DNA of 64,000 nucleotides, taken from an uncultured Chloroflexia bacterium (GTDB taxonomy: Bacteria; Chloroflexota; Limnocylindria; Limnocylindrales; CSP1-4). How positions within the stretch are numbered: the first letter of the stretch is position 1; each line of letters opens with the position of its first letter. The DNA lies in contig CAVZTA010000003.1 in NCBI GenBank assembly GCA_963778025.1, positions 442,751 through 506,750 on the forward strand, written 5' to 3'. The notes under the pieces were generated by a model. That model saw only the letters and a list, made by a program, of their open reading frames with translations, was not told the origin of the DNA and searched no databases. Shown piece after piece: positions 1 through 9,789 of this stretch. The position numbers and the translations under genes were made by a program.

Positions 1-630
1 CGCCCCGCAGGCGAGCGCCGAGACCCGGGCCATGCTGGCCCTGGCGGCGTCCGCGATGCGCTGGGCGCGCGGATCGGTGGGCACATCGACCGGTGCGGCC
101 GGCACCGGCTCCAGGCCGAGGAACACGTCGGGCAGTCCGGAGGCATCCAGCAGGGAGCCCAGCTCGGCGGCCAGCTCGCCGGGCGGCGGCAGGACCGCGG
201 TCATCGCGCGGAGCGCGGTCGACGACTGGACCTGCGAGGTGAGGCGCGGCAGCGGTCCCAGGGCGAGGAGCCCGCCGGCGAGCCAGACGATGAGCAGCGC
301 CTGCGCCACGCCCACGACGAGGCCCAGGATCCGGTCCGCGGCCGAGAGCACGCCACGCCCCAGTGAGCGTCCGACACCGGCGCCCAGCGCGGAGCCGATG
401 GCTTCGCCCACCGCCACGGCGCCCAGGATCCCGCCGAGGACGACGATCGCGCGGGGTAACGGCTCGAGGTCGGCGAAGAAGTCGGTCGCGGCGGGGATGA
501 GGGCGAGTGCGACGGCGGCGCCGGCGATCGCGCCGAGGATGCCGCCGAGCTGGGGGAGCGCGCCCGAGCGGTAGCCGGCGAGCGCGGCGAACACGATGAG
601 GACGACCGCCAGGCCGTCGATGAGGTTCAC
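1..630 (-). CDS. CvpA-family membrane protein, possibly MarP-like with a C-terminal extension, partial (runs off the window start)
   Basis: Minus-strand translation gives VNLIDGLAVVLIVFAALAGYRSGALPQLGGILGAIAGAAVALALIP..., a typical CvpA N-terminal TM architecture. A GTG start is at 630. GC3 is high. It was not in the ORF track because it runs off the edge. Confidence 0.45.
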   Translation of the reverse strand, partial: MNLIDGLAVVLIVFAALAGYRSGALPQLGGILGAIAGAAVALALIPAATDFFADLEPLPRAIVVLGGILGAVAVGEAIGSALGAGVGRSLGRGVLSAADRILGLVVGVAQALLIVWLAGGLLALGPLPRLTSQVQSSTALRAMTAVLPPPGELAAELGSLLDASGLPDVFLGLEPVPAAPVDVPTDPRAQRIADAARASMARVSALACGA

Positions 631-706
631 GCGGGGGAGTATGCCCGCCGCGTCTGTGAACCGGCCGTGGGTCGTGGGTCCTGCCCCGCGGACCCGGCCG
701 GGTGGG

Positions 707-1255
707 TCAGGGGATGGTCACCCGGACCGGCTCGGCCTCGCCCGTCGCGCGGATGGTGTACGTCCCGGGCTCCAGCTCGCCGAGGTCGACGATCGTCGCG
801 TGGAGCTCCGCGATCTCGATGCACATCGCGTTCCGGTCGCCGATGCCGTCCTTCACGGTCAGGGTGATCGTCGTGCCGTCGCGCGCCACGACGACGCCCG
901 CCAGGACGGTGCACGGGGCGACGCCACTCCACCACTCGACCTGGACGGCCAGCCGTCGCCCGTTGAGCGCGGGGATGATGCGGGTCGCCGACGCGTCGTG
1001 CGGCTGGAGCGCGGCCGGGTCGGGCTGGACGAGCTGCGCGTGCCCGCCCGGCTCGACGCCGGGGACGCCACCGCCGATGGCGCCCGGGTCGGTGGCGCTC
1101 GTGTCCGGCGGGGGACTGTCGGTGGGCGCCGGGATGGTCGTCGGTGGCGCCGAGGACGCCGGGCCGGACGGTGAGGCGGCGCCGCCACCGGACGAGCACG
1201 CGGCGAGGACGAGGACGACGACGCCGGCGAGCGGCAGGAGACGACGGACGGTCAT
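707..1255 (-). CDS. lipoprotein, unknown function
   Basis: The C-terminal 182 aa of ORF 707..1906(-) begin MTVRRLLPLAGVVVLVLAACSSGGG, a signal peptide with an LAAC lipobox. A Pro/Ser-rich linker and a beta-rich domain follow. ATG at 1255. Confidence 0.45.
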   Translation of the reverse strand: MTVRRLLPLAGVVVLVLAACSSGGGAASPSGPASSAPPTTIPAPTDSPPPDTSATDPGAIGGGVPGVEPGGHAQLVQPDPAALQPHDASATRIIPALNGRRLAVQVEWWSGVAPCTVLAGVVVARDGTTITLTVKDGIGDRNAMCIEIAELHATIVDLGELEPGTYTIRATGEAEPVRVTIP

Positions 1256-1504
1256 GGCGCCCGTGACGACCGGGCGGCGGACCGGGTTCCGCTCCCCGGC
1301 GCGTCGTTCGTGCCACCGCGCACCACTCGGCACGACGCCACCGTTGACAGGGCGGCGCATGGACGGACGTCGATGGTCCGGACCCGGTGCGCGCCCGGAG
1401 CATGCGTAGCGCGAACCGGTCGGACCCTCCCACCGGCCGGATCGCCCTCCGTCCGACGACCACGCGGGTCCGCCCGCCACCACGGGAGCTTCGAGGTCCC
1501 TGCG

Positions 1505-1702
1505 ATGACCAGCCTCGCGATCCCCGTCACGCGGCCGCGCGCCGGCCGTGTCCATCCTCGCGCCACCGTGAGCCGCGTCCGCGACACCGCCATCGCCGCG
1601 ATCGTCGTCGTCCGCGCCACGTGGCGAGCCATCGCCGACGACGGGCAGCTGGGTCCGTCCGTGGACCTCCTCGCCGGCCGTTTCAGCGGCGCCCGGGTCT
1701 GA
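1505..1702 (+). CDS. hypothetical small protein (65 aa)
   Basis: Internal ATG of ORF 1310..1702. GC3 is very high across the ORF. A GAGGT-like RBS sits about 9 nt upstream. No recognisable family. Confidence 0.25.
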   Translation: MTSLAIPVTRPRAGRVHPRATVSRVRDTAIAAIVVVRATWRAIADDGQLGPSVDLLAGRFSGARV

Positions 1703-1761
1703 TCGCCCGCCGCCGTCCACCCGGGCCGGGTCGTACCGGTCCTCGCTCCAGGAGCACTGCC

Positions 1762-1902
1762 ATGCGCCGTCCCGCCAAGACCCCCGCCCAGGCCGTCGTC
1801 CATGCCGGTCATCGTGGGCCCATCCTCGCGTGTCCGATCTGCGTGCGCCACGCGGATGCGGCCGTGTTCGCGACGCGCCTTCGGGCGCTGCGGGCTCGCT
1901 GA
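1762..1902 (+). CDS. small HxxH...CPxC protein (46 aa), paralog A
   Basis: ATG at 1762 with an AGGAG RBS 7 nt upstream. Sequence MRRPAKTPAQAVVHAGHRGPILACPICVRHADAAVFATRLRALRAR. It shares the HAxHxG..LACP[IV]C[VM]R motif with the next ORF. Confidence 0.35.
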   Translation: MRRPAKTPAQAVVHAGHRGPILACPICVRHADAAVFATRLRALRAR

Positions 1903-1904
1903 CC

Positions 1905-2066
1905 ATGGCCCGCGAGGTCGCCGTGGATCCGGCGGCGCTCCTGGCGCGCTACCACGCGCGCCACGGCGTCCGCCAGCTCGCCTGCCCGGTGTGCATGCGA
2001 CCGCGCGTGACTCCGGCGAAGGGCCGGCGGACCGTCCGCCGGCACTGGCATCCGGCGGGCGGATGA
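1905..2066 (+). CDS. small HxxH...CPxC protein (53 aa), paralog B
   Basis: ATG lies 3 nt after the stop of paralog A. Sequence MAREVAVDPAALLARYHARHGVRQLACPVCMRPRVTPAKGRRTVRRHWHPAGG. High GC3. Paralogous to the preceding ORF. Confidence 0.35.
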   Translation: MAREVAVDPAALLARYHARHGVRQLACPVCMRPRVTPAKGRRTVRRHWHPAGG

Positions 2067-2122
2067 GCGCCACGCGGTCGTGACCCCGCGGGCCGTCGCC
2101 CCGCGGGCCGTCGCCCGCGGCG

Positions 2123-2752
2123 TCAGTGGGTGGCGGCGGGAGCCCGGGTGTCGACGCGGGGCGGATGCGCCGCCTCCCAGGCGGCGAGCTCCGGCTCGTG
2201 CTGCAGGAGATAGCCCAGCTCGTCGGTCCCGGCGAGCAGCATCAGCTTCGCGAACGGGTCGACATCGAAGTCGACCGTCGTCCCGTCCGGCAGGAGCACG
2301 CCCTGCTCGGCGAGGTCGACGGTGATCACGAGGTCGGGGTCGGCCTCCATGAGGTCCCACAGCCGCTGGTGCGTCGCCGGGTCGACGACGACCGGCAGCA
2401 CGCCGTTCTTGAGCGAGTTGCTGCAGAAGATGTCGGCGAACGACGTCGACAGGATCGCGCGCACGCCCCACGCGGCCAGCGCCCATGGCGCGTGCTCGCG
2501 CGACGAGCCGGCGCCGAAGTTGTCACCGACGAGCAGCACCTTTCGCCCGGCCATCCCGGGCTGATCGAGCACGAACGGGGGGTCCTTGAGCGACCCGTCC
2601 TCCTCGAACCGCCAGTCGCGGAACAGCGCGTCGGCAAGGCCGGCCTTGTCGGTGACCTTGAGGTAGCGGGCCGGGACGATCTGGTCGGTGTCGACGTTCT
2701 CCGCCCCTAGCGGGACGATCCGTGACGAGAACTGGCGATACGGCTCGGCCAT
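2123..2752 (-). CDS. leuD: 3-isopropylmalate dehydratase small subunit
   Basis: MAEPYRQFSSRIVPLGAENVDTDQIVPARYLK...VLLVGDNFGAGSSREHAPWAL, the aconitase swivel-domain signature. Internal ATG at 2752, 2 nt from the leuC stop. Confidence 0.9.
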   Translation of the reverse strand: MAEPYRQFSSRIVPLGAENVDTDQIVPARYLKVTDKAGLADALFRDWRFEEDGSLKDPPFVLDQPGMAGRKVLLVGDNFGAGSSREHAPWALAAWGVRAILSTSFADIFCSNSLKNGVLPVVVDPATHQRLWDLMEADPDLVITVDLAEQGVLLPDGTTVDFDVDPFAKLMLLAGTDELGYLLQHEPELAAWEAAHPPRVDTRAPAATH

Positions 2753-2754
2753 CG

Positions 2755-4194
2755 TCAGCGTCCTCCGACCGCGGCGAGCGTCTCGATGCCGGGCAGCGTC
2801 CGCGGATCGGTGACCACGCCTGCGATCGCGGACGCCGCGGCGGTCAGCGGCGAGGCGAGGAACGTCCGGCCACCCTTGCCCTGGCGCCCTTCGAAGTTGC
2901 GGTTCGACGTGCTGACCGCGTACTGCCCCGGGGCCAGCTGATCGCCGTTCATCGCGATGCACATCGAGCAGCCCGCCTCGCGCCAGTCGGCGCCGGCCGC
3001 CCGGAAGATGTCGTCGAGGCCCTCACGCTCCGCCTCGCGCTTCACCTCGTCGGAGCCCGGCGTGATCATCAGCCGCACGCCATCGGCGATGCGCCGTCCC
3101 TTGAACACCTCGGCGGCCAGCCGCAGGTCGCTGATGCGGCCGTTGGTGCACGAGCCGATGAACACCACGTCGACCTTCTGGCCGAGGATCGGCTGGCCCG
3201 GGCGGAGGTCCATGTACTCGAGCGCGCGCTCGAGCGCCCGCCGCGCGCCGGCGTCCGGCTGCTCCTCGGGCGATGGCACCTGTGACGTGATCGGGATGCC
3301 CATGCCCGGGTTGGTGCCGTAGGTGACCATCGGCTCGAGCGCGTTCGCGTCGATCACGATCGACTTGTCGAACGTCGCCTCGTCGTCGGTCGGCAGGTCG
3401 CGCCAGCGTGCGACCGCCTCGTCCCACGCCGCGCCCTGGGGCGCATGTGCGCGGCCGTGGACGTACTCGAACGTGGTGTCGTCGGGAGCGATGAGGCCGG
3501 CGCGCGCGCCGCCCTCGATCGACATGTTGCAGATGGTCATCCGCTGCTCCATCGTCAGCGCGCGGATGGCCTCGCCGCGGTACTCGAACACGTGGCCGGT
3601 GCCGCCGCCGATGCCGATGCGGGCGATGAGCGCGAGGATGATGTCCTTGGAGCTGACGCCCGGCGCCAGCCGCCCGTCGACCCGCACCTCGTAGGTCCGC
3701 GGCCGGCGCTGCAGCAGCGTCTGCGTGGCGAGGACCATCTCGACCTCGCTCGTCCCGATGCCGAACGCCAGGGCGCCGAACGCGCCATGCGTGGACGTGT
3801 GCGAATCGCCGCACACGATCGTCATCCCCGGCTGCGTGAGCCCCAGCTGCGGCCCGATGACGTGGACGATGCCCTGCGCGGGCGAGCCGATGCCGTGGAG
3901 CGGGATGCCGAAGTCGGCGCAGTTCCGCTCGAGCTGGCTGATCTGCGCGGCCGCCTGCGCGTCGAGCATCGGGAGGTTGCGCGGGGTCGTGGGGATGGAG
4001 TGGTCCGCCGTCGCGACCGTCTGGCCCGGGCGCCGCACCGTCAGGCCGCGCTGCCGCAGCCCGGTGAACGCCTGGGGGCTGGTGACCTCGTGGACGAGGT
4101 GCAGGTCGACCGCGAGGACGGCGGGCGCGCCCGGCTCTTCGACGACGACGTGGTCGTCCCAGATCTTCTCGACGAGGGTGCGCGGAGCGGTCAT
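2755..4194 (-). CDS. leuC: 3-isopropylmalate dehydratase large subunit
   Basis: 479-aa intact ORF with aconitase-family motifs ([32 protein letters not shown]). Confidence 0.95.
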   Translation of the reverse strand: MTAPRTLVEKIWDDHVVVEEPGAPAVLAVDLHLVHEVTSPQAFTGLRQRGLTVRRPGQTVATADHSIPTTPRNLPMLDAQAAAQISQLERNCADFGIPLHGIGSPAQGIVHVIGPQLGLTQPGMTIVCGDSHTSTHGAFGALAFGIGTSEVEMVLATQTLLQRRPRTYEVRVDGRLAPGVSSKDIILALIARIGIGGGTGHVFEYRGEAIRALTMEQRMTICNMSIEGGARAGLIAPDDTTFEYVHGRAHAPQGAAWDEAVARWRDLPTDDEATFDKSIVIDANALEPMVTYGTNPGMGIPITSQVPSPEEQPDAGARRALERALEYMDLRPGQPILGQKVDVVFIGSCTNGRISDLRLAAEVFKGRRIADGVRLMITPGSDEVKREAEREGLDDIFRAAGADWREAGCSMCIAMNGDQLAPGQYAVSTSNRNFEGRQGKGGRTFLASPLTAAASAIAGVVTDPRTLPGIETLAAVGGR

Positions 4195-4298
4195 GACGGG
4201 CTCATCCGGAACGGCGGGAGGGGCGGGGAGCGGTCAGGCTAGCACGGGTCCCGGCGGGACCGGGCGCTCGACGGATGTCGCGGGCGGTGAGCATGCCT

Positions 4299-6917
4299 TC
4301 AGCTCGCGGCGAGCTCCATCGTGCGCGCGCCGTCGGGCGCGGCGGCCGCCTCGACGAGCCACTCGCCGACACCCGCGCCGGCGCCGGGGCGAAGGAAGAG
4401 GTACCCCTGTCCCGCGTCGCAGCCCAGGTGCCGGAGCATCGCGTGCTGGCCCGGCGTCTCGATGCCCTCGGCGACGATCTTGAGCCCGAGCGTCCGGCCC
4501 AGCGCCACGATCGCGCGGGCGAACGCCCAGTCCTCGGTCGGGTCCTGGACGTCACGGTCCGCGAGCCCGATGAGCTCGCGAGCGATCTTGAGCGTGTCGA
4601 CGGGGAAGCGGCGGAGGTACGCAAGGGACGAGTAGCCGGTGCCGAAGTCGTCCATCGCGATCCGGACGCCGCGGTCGCGCAGGTCGTGGAGCCGCGCGCT
4701 GGTCGCCTGCGGGTCGCGCGCGAGGGCCGTCTCGGTGAGCTCGAGGAACAGCGACTCGGGACGGAGGCCACTCACCGCCATGTCCTCGTCGAGCTGCTCG
4801 ATGAACCCGGCATGCCCCAGCTCCAGGGGCGACAGGTTGACGCTGAGCGTCAGCTCCTGGAGACCCGGCTGCTGCTGCCAGGCCGCCACCTGCGCGCCGG
4901 CGCGGCGCAGGACGGACCGCCCGAGGTCGCGGATCGCGCCGGACTCCTCGGCGAGCCGGATGAAGTCCTTGGGGTCGATGGAGCCGCGGGTCGGGTGCCG
5001 CCACCGGGCGAGGGCCTCGACGCCGATGGGCCGGCCGGTGGCCAGCTCGACGATCGGCTGGTAGTGCACCTCGAGCGCCTCGTGGAGGACGTTCCGGGCG
5101 AGCTCGGCGCTGAGCGTGTGGCGCTCGACGATGGCATGGTGGACCGTGGGGTCGAACACCGAGTAGCGCTGCTTGCCGTCGGCCTTGGCCGTGTACATCG
5201 CGACGTCCGCGTTGCGCAGCAGATCGTCGCCCCGGCGGTCACCCGGACGGGCCGCCGCGACGCCCATGCTGGCGCCCACCACGACCTCGGTGCCACCGAC
5301 GAGGAACGGCGTCTTCAGCGCATCGATGACGCGCCCGCCCAGGCCCACGGCCTGCGCGATGTCGGTGCCCGGCGCCGGCAGCACCGCGAACTCGTCGCCG
5401 CCCAGCCGGGCCGCGAGGTCCTCGCCCCGGATCTCGTGCCGGATGCGCTCCGCGACCGCGACCAGGAGCTGGTCGCCGACGGGGTGACCCAGCGTGTCGT
5501 TGACGACCTTGAAGTCGTCGAGATCGAGGAACAGGACGACCGGCAGGTCGACGTCGTCCACGACGGCCTCCAGCCGTCGCTCGACCTCCTCGACGAACAG
5601 GGCGCGGTTCGCGAGGCCGGTCAACGAGTCGTGGTAGGCCTGGTGGCGAAGCTGCTCCTTGAGCCGCGACAGCTCGTTGAGCGACTGCTCCAGCTGCCCG
5701 TTCTCGAGGGCGACCGCCGCCTGGTTCGCGATCGTCTCGAGGAGCCGGACGTCGTCGGCATCGAACGTGCTGCCTTCGCCCATGCGGTCGACCACCGTCA
5801 TCGCACCCAGCAGGCCGCGCTCGCCGACGAGCGGGGCGACCATCGCTTCGTGGATCCGCTCATGATCGCGGGTCCACGCGGCCGACGGTCGCGCGACGAA
5901 CGCACCCTGCCGCTCCGCGATCGTGGCACGCAGCCGGTCGTCGAGGGGGACCGTGACCGGCGTCATCGTCTCGTTCCGGCCGTCGACCGCCGCCACCGTG
6001 CGCAGGGCGTCGGCGGACGCGGGATCCGGGAACAGGAGGATCTCGGCACGCTCCGCGCGGAACATGCCGCGCGAGTGCTCGAGGAGCGCCGCGATGGCCG
6101 AGTCCAGCTCCGGGGAGTGCTGCAGGATCCGGCTCGACTGGTACAGGAGCTCGAGCCGCTCGTGCTTCTCGCGTTCGGCGACGTACGCCCGGTACGCGAC
6201 GATGACGATCGCGATGGGCACGACCAGCAGCACGATCGAGCGCGGGTCGACCCACAGCACGGTGACCGCGAGCAGCGCGAGGCTGGTGTTCGCCAGGGCG
6301 ACCATCAGGCTGAACTGGAGCATCTCGGGCAGCTTCTGATACTGCGGCGCGCCACCCGACAGGGAGATCGCGGTGGCCACGGCGACGGCACCGATGAGGC
6401 TCGTCGCCGTGGTGGTCGCGAACGCGGCAAGCCAGTCCTGCGGGCCCGGGACGCCCGACAGCCTCGCGATCGAGTGGAACAGCGCCAGCGACACGACCGC
6501 CGTCAACGCGAAGTTCGCGAGATTGAACGAGCGCTTGAGCGTCGACGTGCTGCCGCCCCGGAACAGCGCGACGCCCGCGCCGGTGAGCAGCGCGACCAGG
6601 TAGAGGGACGGCGGCAGGACGAACAGGCCGATGACGCCCGGCAGCTCGCTCAACGAGAACGAGTGGCGCTCGCGCCGGAAGTGGACCTGGACGACGTTCG
6701 CCTCACCCAGGAAGAACGCCACGGCCATGATCGGCAGCCACGGGATGCTGAACGGCGGGGCGAACTCGCGCTCGTGCTGCAGGGTCAGGATGCCCAGGAC
6801 GAGGGCAAGGAGGGCGAGCAGGACCACCCAACCCCAGACGCGGACGGCGGGTGAGGCCACCAGCCGGGCGAGCCGGCTGCGCGGGACGGTTCGACTCAGA
6901 CGGCCGATGCCGGCCAT
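4299..6917 (-). CDS. membrane-anchored diguanylate cyclase/phosphodiesterase (TM sensor-GAF-GGDEF-EAL)
   Basis: 872 aa with an N-terminal multi-TM region. GGDEF signature (LTGLANRALF...GGDEFAVL) and EAL signature (ELTETAL...DDFGTGYSSL). Intact ORF. Confidence 0.9.
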   Translation of the reverse strand: MAGIGRLSRTVPRSRLARLVASPAVRVWGWVVLLALLALVLGILTLQHEREFAPPFSIPWLPIMAVAFFLGEANVVQVHFRRERHSFSLSELPGVIGLFVLPPSLYLVALLTGAGVALFRGGSTSTLKRSFNLANFALTAVVSLALFHSIARLSGVPGPQDWLAAFATTTATSLIGAVAVATAISLSGGAPQYQKLPEMLQFSLMVALANTSLALLAVTVLWVDPRSIVLLVVPIAIVIVAYRAYVAEREKHERLELLYQSSRILQHSPELDSAIAALLEHSRGMFRAERAEILLFPDPASADALRTVAAVDGRNETMTPVTVPLDDRLRATIAERQGAFVARPSAAWTRDHERIHEAMVAPLVGERGLLGAMTVVDRMGEGSTFDADDVRLLETIANQAAVALENGQLEQSLNELSRLKEQLRHQAYHDSLTGLANRALFVEEVERRLEAVVDDVDLPVVLFLDLDDFKVVNDTLGHPVGDQLLVAVAERIRHEIRGEDLAARLGGDEFAVLPAPGTDIAQAVGLGGRVIDALKTPFLVGGTEVVVGASMGVAAARPGDRRGDDLLRNADVAMYTAKADGKQRYSVFDPTVHHAIVERHTLSAELARNVLHEALEVHYQPIVELATGRPIGVEALARWRHPTRGSIDPKDFIRLAEESGAIRDLGRSVLRRAGAQVAAWQQQPGLQELTLSVNLSPLELGHAGFIEQLDEDMAVSGLRPESLFLELTETALARDPQATSARLHDLRDRGVRIAMDDFGTGYSSLAYLRRFPVDTLKIARELIGLADRDVQDPTEDWAFARAIVALGRTLGLKIVAEGIETPGQHAMLRHLGCDAGQGYLFLRPGAGAGVGEWLVEAAAAPDGARTMELAAS

Positions 6918-7180
6918 CGTGGGTTCACGAACGGAGGACTCCAGTGCGGTGTGGTGCAGTCTGGGTGACCGATCGCGCAGGACCCATGGCCCGAACGTCC
7001 CAGCGCCGGGTGGTACCCGGCCGGGTCATGGATCCCCCGAACGCACGAAGCCGGGACGGCCCGTCGAGGGCCGTCCCGGCCATGAGCACAGCGCTGCCGC
7101 TCCGGCGGCTCAGCTCCAGCGATGACCCGCGAGCGGGCCGAGCGGAGCCTCGGCGGTGGTGGGCGTCATGGCGTGCATGA

Positions 7181-7270
7181 CTAGACCCACTTGACGCCGG
7201 CGCCGAGCGTGAGGGCCATCGACGCGAGCAGCGTCAGGGCCACGGTGAAGCGCGCCAGGATCGCCTTCAC
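7181..7270 (-). CDS. putative 29-aa single-TM micropeptide
   Basis: GTG start preceded by a GAGGTG RBS 7 nt upstream. Sequence MKAILARFTVALTLLASMALTLGAGVKWV. It is the 3' part of ORF 7181..7441(-). Confidence 0.25.
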   Translation of the reverse strand: MKAILARFTVALTLLASMALTLGAGVKWV

Positions 7271-7627
7271 GGATGCCACCTCATCGGTTGGTTGATTCCG
7301 ATCGGGCCGGCAACCGGGCGGTCTCGCAGCGAGATCCCTGGCTTTGCGTCCCCGCCTCGCGACGGGTTTGCCCTGGACGGTGATCGATCGGGCGACGTCG
7401 TTCGTCGGTGCCAGGGACGCTAGGTCCTTCCGTCGGGTCACAGCACTGACCCGATGGTCCTACGGGAGCACCCGGGCGCGGCTATGCAGTCACGCACCAG
7501 CCGTGCGGCACGGGGTCGCCGGCGGAACGCCCGCCACGCGACCGCCCGACGCGGTTCGGCGGCGCGACGACCGGGACCATCGGGTCACTGGTGGACAGGA
7601 CCGCACCTATCCGACCATGGCGCACCC

Positions 7628-8188
7628 GTGTTCATCCTGTACGCCATCCCTGTCGGCATCGTCATCGGCCTCCTGCTGCGCGGCCGGCTGAGTGGTGTCG
7701 CGTCGCTCCAGATCCGCGCGGGCATCGTGATGGTGGCCGGGCTGTGGGCCCAGGTGCTGTTGTTCTCGACGCCCATCGGCGACGCCCTCGGGTCCGCCGC
7801 GCCGGCGGCGTACGTGACGTCGACCTTCGCCGTGCTCGTCGCGATCCTCGTCAACCTCCACATCCCGGGGTTGTCGTTCGTCGCCGCGGGCGCCGCGTGC
7901 AATCTGCTGGTCATCGTGGCCAACGGCGGCGTGATGCCCGCCGATGCCGCTGCCTACGCCGAACAGGGCCGGACGGCGGCCGACACCTACTCGAACACCG
8001 CGATGCTGCATGAGCCCGTGCTGGGCTTCCTGGGCGACGTCATCGCCCTGCCCACGTGGTTGCCCGGGACGAACGTCGTCAGCCTCGGGGACATCCTCAT
8101 CGCGATCGGCATCGTGACCACCCTGGCGGTCGCGATGGTCCGCGCCCGACGCCCCGTGTCCATCGCCATCGAGCCCACGCCCGTATGA
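7628..8188 (+). CDS. DUF5317-like integral membrane protein
   Basis: In-frame GTG at 7628 gives VFILYAIPVGIVIGLLLRGRLSGV... with 5-6 TM helices. The recollected DUF5317 motifs (ANGGVMPAD) support the call. The upstream part of ORF 7454..8188 is low-complexity. Confidence 0.55.
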   Translation: MFILYAIPVGIVIGLLLRGRLSGVASLQIRAGIVMVAGLWAQVLLFSTPIGDALGSAAPAAYVTSTFAVLVAILVNLHIPGLSFVAAGAACNLLVIVANGGVMPADAAAYAEQGRTAADTYSNTAMLHEPVLGFLGDVIALPTWLPGTNVVSLGDILIAIGIVTTLAVAMVRARRPVSIAIEPTPV

Positions 8189-8381
8189 GGTCGACCTCCG
8201 ACTGTGCTGCGGCGCACCGGACCTGGGTCCGGGACCCCCGGTACTCCTGGGTGACTGGTCCCCACGACTCACGTGCGTACGGTTCGAGTCCCTGGGGTTC
8301 CTAGCGCCCCCACCCAGATCTGATCGAGCGCCCGCCCCTTCATCCACCGCTCGATCGCGACCCCAGCAGAGGTGCCCATCG

Positions 8382-8483
8382 ATGCAGCAGCTCAAGGCCC
8401 AGTCCTGGCGGATCACCGTCGTCGTCAGCATGCTCATGAGCGCGGCGCTCGTCCTCGAGGCCGGCGCCCGCTGGGCCAAGTAG
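8382..8483 (+). CDS. putative 33-aa small membrane protein
   Basis: ATG with an AGAGGTG RBS 8 nt upstream. Sequence MQQLKAQSWRITVVVSMLMSAALVLEAGARWAK. Every third codon position is G or C. Not in the ORF track because it is under 60 aa. Confidence 0.35.
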   Translation: MQQLKAQSWRITVVVSMLMSAALVLEAGARWAK

Positions 8484-8678
8484 GTCCATCCCGGCCGGCA
8501 TCGCCGGCCTGAACGGCGGATCGGCCGCTCGCTCCACGCGGAGCGGGCGGCTTCGTCGTTCCCGGGACACGCAGAAGGGGCTCGTCGCCGGCGTCGCAGC
8601 GGTGTACCGTCTTGTGGTCGCGACAGGGGGCATGCGCGAGTGTCGCTCGCGGTCGTGGCATGAGGGTGGGGGTTCCGC

Positions 8679-9359
8679 ATGGGCGGCATCCGGATGGGGC
8701 TCCGCGGCGTTGCAGCGCCGGCGGCGACGGTCGTGGGCGTGCGACCGGTCGCGAGCGCGCCAGGGCCCCGGCTCGCCTCCGTCGTCCCGCTCCGTCGTCC
8801 CGGCCCGCCCGATGACCGCGCCGCCGGAGCGACGCCGCCCGCGGGCCGCACCGACACGATCGTCGAGATCTACCAGGCCGAGCATCTCGCCCTGTTCCGG
8901 TTCGTCCGCGCCGCGACCGGCGATGACGAGGCCGCCGAGGACGTGCTCCAGGAAGCGTTCGTCCGGCTCATCCGCGAGGTCGCGGCGGGCCGGCCGCCGG
9001 ACAACGCCCACGCGTGGCTCTTCCGCGTCGCGACGAACCTCGTGGTCAGCCAGGTCCGCCGCGCCCGGACGGCGGAGCGGCATCTGGCCGACCTCGACCA
9101 CGATCCGCTCGCCGCCTCGCCCGAGCAGCTCGTGCTCGTCACCGAGCGCGACGCGGAGGTGCGCCTGGCCGTCGACGATCTGCCCACGGACGCCCGCGTC
9201 GCCCTGCTGCTCGCCGCGCGTGGGTTCTCGGGACGGGAGATCGCGCATACGCTGGGCCGGACCGAGGGGGCGGTTCGAACGCTCCTGTGCCGATCGCGGT
9301 CGCGGGTCCGCGAGCGGCTCGACGCGGAGCGCTCCAGGGTCGAGGACGCCGCGGGCTAG
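8679..9359 (+). CDS. ECF-family RNA polymerase sigma-70 factor
   Basis: Region-2 motif (AEDVLQEAFVRLIREV...AWLFRVATNLV) and region-4 HTH (LLLAARGFSGREIAHTLGRTEGAVRTLLCRSR). The N-terminal ~50 aa are low complexity, so the true start may be internal. Confidence 0.8.
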   Translation: MGGIRMGLRGVAAPAATVVGVRPVASAPGPRLASVVPLRRPGPPDDRAAGATPPAGRTDTIVEIYQAEHLALFRFVRAATGDDEAAEDVLQEAFVRLIREVAAGRPPDNAHAWLFRVATNLVVSQVRRARTAERHLADLDHDPLAASPEQLVLVTERDAEVRLAVDDLPTDARVALLLAARGFSGREIAHTLGRTEGAVRTLLCRSRSRVRERLDAERSRVEDAAG

Positions 9360-9477
9360 GATCCCGCGCGCCGTGCGTCGGTCCGGTGGGGTGTGCCCGG
9401 TTGCGCCGCCCGGGAACGTCCTCTATGCTGCGCCCCTCGCGGCACCGCCGCGATCGCATGCGCGGAGCGGAGACCTC

Positions 9478-9690
9478 TTGGCCCGGTTCGACGGACTCCA
9501 TCGCCACCACGTCGCCATCGTCGTCACCAGCGACGGTCGGCGCGTGCCGGTGCCCGTCCGCCACGTCAGCCCTGTCGACCCGCTCATCGACCTCCTTCGC
9601 TCGCTCCTTCTGGGCCTTGAGGACCTTCTTGGGCTCCTCATTACCGGCTCCCGGCGGGAGGACGGACGGACACGGAGGGACCGGCGCTAG
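9478..9690 (+). CDS. candidate ilvB leader peptide (Val/Ile/Leu-rich), TTG start
   Basis: Frame-1 ORF ...HHVAIVVTSDGRRVPVPVRHVSPVDPLIDLLRSLLLGLEDLLGLLI... It ends at TAG 9688-9690, about 27 nt before the terminator hairpin and 100 nt before ilvB. The start is uncertain. Confidence 0.3.
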   Translation: MARFDGLHRHHVAIVVTSDGRRVPVPVRHVSPVDPLIDLLRSLLLGLEDLLGLLITGSRREDGRTRRDRR

Positions 9691-9716
9691 GCGCGACGAT
9701 CACCGAAGACCGAACG

Positions 9717-9750
9717 GACCCCCGCCGGGTGGCGGGGGTCTTTTGCTGCT
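9717..9750 (+). terminator. intrinsic terminator/attenuator hairpin upstream of ilvB
   Basis: GACCCCCGCC-GGGU-GGCGGGGGUC forms a perfect 10-bp GC stem. It is followed by CUUUUGCUGCU. It lies 40 nt upstream of the ilvB ATG (RBS GGAGG at 9776-9780). Confidence 0.6.
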
Positions 9751-9789
9751 CTGGGGTCACGTGACCCCTGGGACGGAGGCGAACGACCG

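Noticed and set aside
32-574. 180-aa plus-strand ORF at the window start
   Set aside because: Low-complexity Ser/Ala/Pro/Arg product. The opposite strand encodes a convincing CvpA-family membrane protein across the same interval.
8602-9690. 362-aa ORF overlapping the ECF sigma factor gene and the ilvB leader region
   Set aside because: Low-complexity Arg/Ser/Pro-rich translation. It shares the interval with the well-supported sigma factor in another frame. Only its 3' end, the Val/Ile/Leu-rich stretch, is considered as a possible leader peptide.
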